DNA from: Bugula neritina
Lineage: Eukaryota > Animalia > Bryozoa
Direction: 5' to 3'
Length of the DNA stretch: 64,000 nucleotides
NCBI GenBank assembly: GCA_964035545.1
Contig: OZ037766.1
Coordinates: forward strand, 6,996,722-7,060,721
Shown here: positions 55,336-64,000 of the stretch, piece after piece
How positions within the stretch are numbered: position 1 is the stretch's first letter
Layout: each line of letters opens with the position of its first letter
Notes under the pieces: generated by a model
What the model was told of the DNA's origin: nothing
Seen by the model: the letters and a program-made list of their open reading frames with translations, nothing else
Databases searched by the model: none
Program-made: the position numbers and the translations under genes

Positions 55336-57219
55336 CCTTGCAATAATGCCATGCTTAATTGTTTGGCATCAAAAAATATTAAATATTAAAAAGTATATTA
55401 GTTATTCAGTTTTTGATAAAGCATATACATATTTTTGTGTAAACGTATGTATGCATCATTGTGTGCAACATTATTACATGCAGTTTTTACTTAATATATT
55501 TATTATACAAAATTATCATTACATGAAAACTATACTCCTATATATATATACATTTTGTATTTGCTTAGATGAAAACATGCATGATGTTGTATGAAAGAGT
55601 TACACTCTCTTCTCAAGTGAAAGATGATCTGTCCATCAGCTGCGCTATAAACTAGATATGATGACCAGATTAATTATTGTGTGATCTTTTAAAGATCATA
55701 TTAAGTAAATCGTAAGAGTTGATAAGAAAGTACTTATTGAGATGAAGCCAAGAGATGAAAGTAAAATGGAAGAGCTCTAATAAATATTCAACTTAATTGA
55801 CCCGTGAATGGGAGATCAATTGTATCTGAGTCAATGAATTTGAAAAACCATGCTGAAAAAGAAACAGCAGAAACATGCAGAAAGATGTGTTGATGAAGCT
55901 TTGACTTAAACAAGTCAATTCCAAAAGAAAAGACTGAAGATAGAATATCAAAACGACAATATTTGAGAGATAGAAGATGAACCAGTTAAGAGAGAAAAGC
56001 GCAAGAAAGGAGAAAGTGATAAGATTTATGCAATGGGAGGAGCTAATAAAACTGGAAAAATTCATGCAGCATTTGGAAAAAGTTTTAAACATAGAGAAAG
56101 GTGAATTGGTGAAAGTGGAAGATAAGAAAAAAGACAAAATATCACCAACTACACTAGAGAGTACCAAGGAGGTTGTTGGTAAAGAACTTATTGAGTGAGA
56201 TAAAAGAAAGGACTATCAAATGACAGCTAGCCTTTGTCAATGGAAATAAAGTAGAAATTAAGATCTCACCCAGTTAGATGCTACACGTCCCAGTTTGACA
56301 CTAGGCTAAATTTCCTATTTAGACACTTCCTATATGAATGCTTTCCAGTTGAACAATATTTATTTATTTTGGTACGATATCTATTTTGTGTGCAACTTAT
56401 TATAGTCTGATCGGGACAACACTAATCCACAACTTGATATCCTTGTTTCTAACCAAACTTACTCAAACATTAAAAAAGCTACCAGTACCAATCTAGACCT
56501 GCAGAGTTACAGACTGTTTAACAGCTATTGGCTATTAGCATATTAGCTATTTAGCAATCAATACAACATTTATATAGGTATATGTACTGTAAGTGTATTG
56601 TTACTATGCATAATGGCACCAAAATAAAAACAGCATCTAACTTTGAAAATTTTAAGTGGGAAGCATCTATCTGGGATGAAACCAAATTCAGAAGACATGG
56701 AGGCAAAGAACGGAGAGAAATTCCAACTGGAAGGGGATAACACATCTTTGGAAGCAGTCAGTGAAATATTGCAAGACAAGCAAGATGTTACATAATGCTT
56801 AACAGATGAAAGTAAAATGGAAGTGCTCTAATAAATATCTAACTTAATTGACCCGTGAATGGGAGATCAATTATATCTGAGTCAGTAAATTGGAAAAAAT
56901 CTGCTAAAGAAAAAACACAAAAGACAGAAAAATGTGGTGATAAAGTTTTGACTTGAATAAGTCAATTCAAAAAGAAAAAACTGAAAATAGAATATCAAGA
57001 GAACAGTATTTGAGAGATAGAAGATGAGTCAGTTAAGAAAGAAAAGGTGAAGAAGGAAGAAAGTGATAAGATATATGCAAAGAGAGGAGCTAATAAAGCT
57101 GAAAAAATACATGCAGCATTTGGAAAAGGTTTTAAACATAGAGAAAGGTGAATTGGTGAAAGTGGAGAATGAGAAAAAAGATAAAGTAACAACACTAGAG
57201 AGTACCAAGGAAACTGTTG

Positions 57220-58335
57220 CGTCACCACTAACTATAGATGAGTTGTACTGGTGTTGGTGTTCGTAACTTTATTTTGACGTATTGCAACTGCCGTAAGAAA
57301 CTATAAAAGTAGGTTAACATATGCAATTATAATAGGTTTTTAAAATAAAACCAACAAAAATAAAAACCAACAATTATTTATGACTTGCAAAGTATTCAAA
57401 CATACATACATATTTTGAATTAATCACCTCTTGCCTTCTTTTAGTGGCTAGCTAGGGTGAGTTTGACTCTAGGAAATGACATTGTAGGTCTACTGAAAAT
57501 ATTAAAGTTTATAATAAAAATGACATTAAATGATAACTGCCATAGACAAAGTTAAGTTATTTTATCAGTTAAGACAAGTAATGATGCATGTATTACATAA
57601 ACAAAGATTAAACTTGTATTCAAAGTTGACTTGAATTAGTAGTTGCAGTAAAATACTGTTATGAATAAAAGTAAAACTTTAAGCTACATATTATGGCTTT
57701 ATCCTGTGACAATCTGATCAATAACTGGAGAGCCTGTCTTGAGAATTTGTAATTTTAAGAGAAATCTATTATAAAGTAAACACATAGCCAGAAAATGTAT
57801 CATGCACTGACCGCACTGGAATTCTAAAAATTGTCAAACTTATAAACATGTTTAATAAACCAAATAGTTATTCTTATAGTTGAAATAGATAAAAATACTT
57901 AAGGAAAGCTTCAAATTATTATAAATACTAAAAGACAAAACTAACCTGTGCCTCTTCAAGTTAATTCCAATTCAAATTCATTTATATTTGGTTAATTATA
58001 TCATTAAAATTGATTGTTATTTATGCAATGGAACTTGCATTGCTAGCCGCTACTATTCTCCAAACTGTAGGGTCAACGTCTGCACTGAAACATCCGGGCT
58101 GCCAAGACGTAAAGCCACAGCCAATGGGCGAGGGCATGCTGTTATCTAATTAGTGAATTGACAGCTGTTGATCTAATTAGTGAATTGACAGCTGTTGCAA
58201 TCAAGTGATGTGATGATCTATTTGATTGGAACGTTACGCTAAACGCAACGCTGAATGCTTAATAAACTGTTAGATATTCATTACGTTATGCTGCTTTTAC
58301 AACTTTAAATAATTATGCTATGTGATAACTTTACA
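57220..58335. other. 1116-bp insertion flanked by a 10-bp direct repeat GAAACTGTTG
   Basis: The repeat is at 57210-57219 and 58336-58345. The paralogous copy at 54837-54846 has a single GAAACTGTTG and no insert. Confidence 0.8.
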
Positions 58336-58639
58336 GAAACTGTTGAAAAATATAACTCTTTGGATAAGAAAAGGAAAAAGAGGGAATAGAATGACATTCT
58401 TGTCAATGAAGATAGAGCAAAATTAGAAGATGAACCTGCAGAAAATAGAGGGACATTCCGACTGGAAAAGGATAATACAGCTTTGGAAGGAGTCAGTGAA
58501 GTACCACAAAACAAGCAGTATATGTTACATAATTCTAACAGACTAGATGAAGACAACAATATATAATTTTATATAATAATGGTGACTTGGTTCATAAATA
58601 TTAAATACTTATATAAAAACTCATGCAAGTTTATACTCA

Positions 58640-58833
58640 CCATCCCTGTGAGAAACCCAAGACGAAAAGAGTTTTTTTGTTAAAACAGGCTAAGGACTAA
58701 TTTAAATAGGTACAGGAGCAATTATGACTGGATGCTCTTCGATCCTAACATCACCAATAGCCTTTGTTTGGGTTTGAACCCATGACTTTGTGTGTACTAG
58801 GCAAACGCTTTAAACCCTAGACCACAACTTCTC
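58640..58833 (-). mobile_element. tRNA-derived SINE (segmental duplicate of the 55144 copy)
   Basis: Near-identical to 55144-55335, including flanks. Confidence 0.8.
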
Positions 58834-58951
58834 CCTTGCAATAATGCCATGCTTAATTGTTTGCGGCATCAAAAAATATAAAATATTAAAAAGTATATTA
58901 GTTATTTAGTTTTTGATAAAGCATATATATATTTTTGTGTAAACGTATGTA

Positions 58952-61002
58952 GGGGAAGACGGGGTAAGTTGGGTCAAGGGGCAAGTTGGGTCAGGCCATT
59001 TTCTCGAAATCTGCAATGCTAGGAAACTAAATAGTTAGGTCAAGAAATAAAGGCCAAACTAAAATAACTTCCTGTTATTACAACAACACTATCAGAAAAG
59101 AGGTGAGTGAAATATTAGCGAATATCAATATTTTTGCCTCATTTGACATTTTGTTCACCAAAACAGTAAACCAAAATTGTGTCATTAAGCATGAGGATAG
59201 AGTGCTGATGTTTTGCATCATGGATGCTTAAGTAGTTAGCTTATATTTGGTAAATTATAAAACTTTCTAAATTAATTTGTTCATGCAAAAATTACATGCT
59301 TTACAAAATTGCTGCCAATGGGGCAAGTTAGGCCAAAATTTTGAGGCTAATTGGGTCAGTGGCCCAACTTGTCCCAATTCACTAAACATAGTGTTAATGT
59401 AAATTTATTGTTGCAGATCATGATACTGGATAATCACTGTTCACATATATCCTTAGAGTCTGTAACTCTTGCTAAAGAATCAGGTGTTGTTCTACTCACC
59501 TTGCCACCACATACTTCACACCGATTACAGTCTCTGGTTAGAACTGTTTTCGGTCCAATGGATAACTTAATGATAACCTATCCGAACAGGAGCATAAAAG
59601 TGCAAAACATTGGCACCCTAACAGAGCGAGCATTTGGACAAAACATGACTGTTGCTAATATAACATCGGGCTGTCGCTCATCTGGCATATTCTCATCAAA
59701 CGCATGCATATTTACCGACGCCGACTATGTTCCAACCCATGCTACGGACAGACCTCAAACAGTGATCAATGAGCAAGATATTCTGATTCAACTTAGCCAA
59801 GTTTATCTTAACTAACTTTATTCCAGATTCCAATTCACAATCCAACAACTTCTGGTTTATTGGCAGGGGTTACTTCTCAGGATACTTCTACTTCACTGGT
59901 GGTGGCTATCTCTAAGCAGCCTGTTACCCCTCAAGATATTATTCCCTTACCCAAAACTGCTCCACGCAAAGATGGAGCACCCGGAAGAAAGCAGGTAAAG
60001 ACCACTATACTGACAGACACACCAGAGAAAGAAAGAATCGAACAAGAATGAGCAGACAAGTTGAATAAAGGAAAGAAACGACTTAAGCGTAGGCCTACAC
60101 AGAAAGGGCCAGAATCTTGCAGTGAAGAAGATGAGCAGAACCATATAGTTTTGCTAGAGACAGACAGCGATTCACCATCCGAGGCGGAAGCAGAAAAACA
60201 GAATGTGGCAGATGTAGAAGAAGTGGCGTTTGTAGTGGTAAAATACAAAGGAAACCGTTCAACCATAGGTTTTGTTGGAATGGTGGTTGGCAAGGATGAA
60301 GGAGATTGGAGAGTGGACTTTTACAAAAAGACTCTACAGGGCACATTCTCTAAACCATCACAGCCAGACATATCTGCAGTAGAATCTGAGCAAATTGTTA
60401 GAGTGCTGGGGGCACCTGTCTCAACTGGAACAACTGTTCGAATTCTAGGCTGTGTTAGTTTAGGCAAAAAACTAGATGGCATGGGCTTTGAGTCGAGTTA
60501 GTTTTCTTGATGTCTTTATTAAATAAAAATAATAGCCCCAAGCAGATTTGGTTTACTTCTTTTTTGCCCATTCTCAGAGTCTGAACTCAAATAATCTCAC
60601 TAACTTAGATGATGACTGGGGGCCTATGTTATAAACTTTGTATGTTTTTCTCTAACTAATATGCTGTTAATCATTACTTAGACTTAATGAGAATTAATAA
60701 ATTAAATTTATTTCACTAATATGTTAGATGCCATAGTAATGAAATAGCGACCCAACTTGCCCCATTTGTTTTTGGTGGTGACCCAACTTACCCCTCAAGC
60801 GGGGTAAGCTGGGTCAGAAGAAAGGTTTTACGGTATTATCTGTAGCTGACTATAAATTGTTGGTGTTGCCTCAAAATAAAGTTGGGCTATTGCAGATAAC
60901 ATGTTAATCTCTCTTTATAACAAACAGTTTGAAATTTACGTGCTTAGATCGGCCACAATATTAAAAAAACCAATTTTTGACCCAACTTGCCCCGCCTTCC
61001 CC
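58952..61002 (+). mobile_element. pogo-superfamily (DD35D-type) DNA transposon, internally deleted and defective
   Basis: 26-bp TIR GGGGAAGACGGGGTAAGTTGGGTCAA / TTGACCCAACTTGCCCCGCCTTCCCC; TA TSD (empty site at 55450-55451); transposase remnant ILDNHCSH...LPPHTSHRLQSLVRTVFGPM. Confidence 0.93.
59417..60501 (+). pseudogene. pogo transposase remnant (C-terminal DDE half + C-terminal domain)
   Basis: No N-terminal HTH or first Asp seen. The third catalytic Asp is replaced (QPLD to QSLV, 35 residues after the Asp of LDNH). Stops and frameshifts separate ORFs 59351-59815, 59860-60051 and 60061-60501. Confidence 0.85.
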
Positions 61003-61930
61003 TATGCATCATTGTGTGCAACATTATTACATGCAGTTTTTACTTATTATACTTATTATACTTATATTATACATGATTATCATTACATGAAAACTATACT
61101 CCTATATATATATATATATATATATACATTTTGTATTTGCTTAGATGAAAACATGCATGGTGTTGTATGAAGAAGTTACGCTCTCTTCTCAAGTGAAAGA
61201 TGATCTGTCCATCAGCTGTGCTATAAACTAAATATGATGACCAGATCAATTATTGTGTGATCTTTTAAAGATCATATTAGGTAAATCGTAAGAGTTGATA
61301 AGAAAGTACTTATTGAGATGAAGCCAAGAGATGAAAGTAAAATGGAAGAGCTCTAATAAATATCCAACTTAATTGACCCGTGAATGGGAGATCAATTATA
61401 TCTGAGTCAGTAAATAGGAAAAAACCCGCTAAAGAAGAAACAGCAGAGACATGCAGAAAAATGTGTTGATGAAGCTTTGACTTAAACAAGTCAATTCCAA
61501 AAGAAGATATTGAAGATGGAATATCAAGATAAAAATATTTGAGAGATAGAAGATGAGCCAGTTGAGGGAGAAGAGCTCAAGAAAGAAGAAAGTGATAAGA
61601 TATATGCAAAGGGAGGAGCTAATAAAGCTGGAAAGATTCATGCAGCATTTGGAAAAAGTTTTAAACATAGAGAAAGGTGAATTGGTGAAAGTGGAAAATG
61701 AGAAAAAAGATAATGTATCGTACCAACAACATTAGAGAGTACCAAGAAAGCTGTTGAGAAATAAATCTTTGGATAAAAAAGAAAAAAAAAGAGAGAATCG
61801 AATGACAGCCTTGTCAATGAAAATAGAGCAGAATTAAAAGATGGACCTGCAGAGAATAGAAAGACATTCCCACTGGAAAGGGATAACACAGCTTTGGAAG
61901 GAGTCAGTGAAATATCACAAAACAAGCAAT

Positions 61931-62120
61931 AATATTTCTTAACACAAACACACATGGCAAATTATGCAAGTATTTATTTTTCTTAAACCAGCTCACCATT
62001 ATTATATACATTATTGTCCTCATCCAGTCTGTTAGAATTATGTATATAATAATGGTGAGCTAGTTTAAGAAAAATAAATACTTGCATAATTTGCCATGTG
62101 TGTTAGTGTTAAGAAATATT
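61931..62120. repeat. Long inverted repeat (81-bp arms, 2 mismatches, 28-nt loop)
   Basis: 61931-62011 is the reverse complement of 62040-62120. Confidence 0.95.
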
Positions 62121-62243
62121 AAAAAGTATATTAGCTATTTATTTTTTAATAAAGCATAAAAGATTCTTTTTAATTCAATACTATTTTCATGCTTGTCATA
62201 CACCACTATACCATCAAACTTATAATACAAGAATATACCCGGT

Positions 62244-62310
62244 TTATATATAAGAGTCTTATATATAAGAGTCTTATATATAAGAGTCTTATATATAAGA
62301 GTCTTATATA
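62244..62310. repeat. 15-bp tandem repeat (TTATATATAAGAGTC) x~4.5
   Basis: Direct reading; each unit junction forms the palindrome CTTATATATAAG. Confidence 0.9.
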
Positions 62311-64000
62311 TATATATTTGTGCATCATTGTGTGCGACATTAATACATGCCGCGTTTACTTAATTATTATACTCATTATGAATAATTATAATCATTATAT
62401 GTAAGTTATATGATAGTATATAAAATATTTATCCGTATTCTTGACTTCTAATTACTTACATATAAAAATTCATGCATTCCTGAATATTTATTAGGTTATA
62501 TTTAAGATTTATGCTTCAAGACCGATTATATAATTATAGGTGTGCTTAATAAACTGTTGAAATATTATGTATACAAAATCATGAACAGCATGTACTTTTC
62601 AACTTCCGTCCCGTTTAAGTAAATGTAAATTGCTGTAATTGCATATCGGCATTTTATTTGCTCTCAAAAGAAGCTAAAAGTTTGCATCAATTTCATAATT
62701 AACAAGAAGCTGCATTAATATCTGGCTTTTTATGTTGATTAAAAAGCAAATCAGTGATTACTTTATATTTCTTTAAAAAGTGTAAATTAAATAAGAAACA
62801 GACTTCTCATATTTTTCAAATTAAAAAAAGTAGCTCTTTTCTTAAACTTAGAAGGCTCAAGAAGATTGGAGAATAATTTTTGCTGAGAATTTTCCCCATG
62901 CAGTGCTATCCTCCCAACTCCTAGTGCAACCAACAATATAATTATTGTTAAGTGTATATAAGTATATTATACTTTAAATTCAATCCCTTAACTTATTTCA
63001 TGCTATTAAGCAGTGGTCTATGTATAATCCATTTAACTAAACAAGTGTTTAAAACAATAACCAATAGCATTAACCGCAAATTATTAATCATCAAAGTTCA
63101 TTATAATTTCAACTATATTTAACATTAAATCTTTGTCAGCCCAAAAAAATTTAAACTTACTTACGAATACACAAAGTCTATCTATACTTCAATTTTCATA
63201 ACCATGTAGTATAGATTTAAAAGGTGATGAAAATACACATATCATCTTCAATAAAGCAGTACTGAAATAGAAGCTGTTGGTCAGAGCCTCCATTTTGTTT
63301 GTGTTATCCTCAAAAACTGTTAATCATGGAAATAATTTGATTGTTGAGCAGAATGTGCAAAGTCGATATCAGGAATTGTTTACTGTCCCATTGTTGCTCA
63401 ACCTCTACACATATTTTGTATGTATATTTATTTAAAGTATATTAATTGTTGTAATTCTTAATGATTTTGTTTGGCTTTTACATAAAATATGGAATTAGGA
63501 AGTTAATTGTCATCTCTTGAGTTACAATCCTCAATAACTAACATATAGACAATTGTAAAATATAATTTTAAAACAATGATATTGAAATGGTTTACAGGAA
63601 TTGTTTAAACATAGTATACTGCATTTATATAGAACACTTTGAGTCTCTGTAAAATGCATAACAGAAATAAAATTGTTTGACTATTTGAAGTGTTGAAAAC
63701 AAGATAGATATAGCATTATTTTTGATTTATATATTTGCATACTTTAAAATTTTATTATATAAAGCATTACAGACCTAGGTTTCTCAACTCCTGCAACATT
63801 GCAACATATTATCATATTATTGATATACATATATTACACACATATATTACACTGCATAATATATCATAACATTATTTTATTACATGTATATTATATTATA
63901 TTTCAATTGAAAAAAGTTATATATTTTATAGATCTTTGAGGTTTTATATCATGTACAATCATGATTACTATAAATATACACAAAATAATAATATGCAGCT

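Larger units (their letters stand above)
53150..61930 (+). repeat. Five-copy array of a ~0.6-0.75-kb decayed Glu/Lys-rich coding-like unit with spacers
   Basis: Copies at about 53150-53765, 54350-55060, 55715-56260, 56805-57219 + 58346-58560, and 61290-61930. All share gagctctaataaatat..aacttaattgacccgtgaatgggagatc (minor variants) and the MQxEELIKLERFMQHLEKVLNIEKGELVKV segment. Confidence 0.9.

Noticed and set aside
53150-61930. Stop-codon reassignment to explain the conserved stops in the array
   Set aside because: Frame breaks are also needed, and genes in this window terminate with TAA, TAG and TGA, so the code is standard.
53322-61955. Hydrophobic - strand ORFs (F/L/S-rich) as membrane proteins
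   Set aside because: Antisense reading of the A/G-rich repeat unit.

Overview
AT-rich, intron-containing invertebrate animal DNA (species cannot be determined from sequence alone). All gene models below were spliced and translated by hand from GT-AG boundaries, with no transcript evidence. From left to right: (1) the 5' part of an SLC35A-like nucleotide-sugar transporter gene (- strand, runs off the window start); (2) a 6-exon gene for a 232-aa secreted protein with three ShK domains, an unfamiliar 6-Cys module and a GPI-like tail; (3) three paralogous 12-exon astacin (M12A) metalloprotease genes with the layout signal-prodomain-RKKR-astacin-EGF-like-4xShK and identical intron phases; (4) a very young, intact 7.66-kb Ty3/gypsy LTR retrotransposon in intron 7 of the second astacin, in sense orientation, with a CATG TSD, tRNA-Leu PBS and a UUUAAAC+hairpin -1 frameshift; (5) a gene-poor right third with TA-targeting pogo-type elements, a gypsy relic, SINEs, a five-copy array of a decayed Glu/Lys-rich coding unit, and a young fold-back hairpin. 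The most unusual observations are minisatellites that amplify splice sites in three different genes, the probable GPI-tethered protease-less ShK relative beside the astacin-ShK cluster, and an LTR placed so that it could truncate one astacin just after its catalytic domain.
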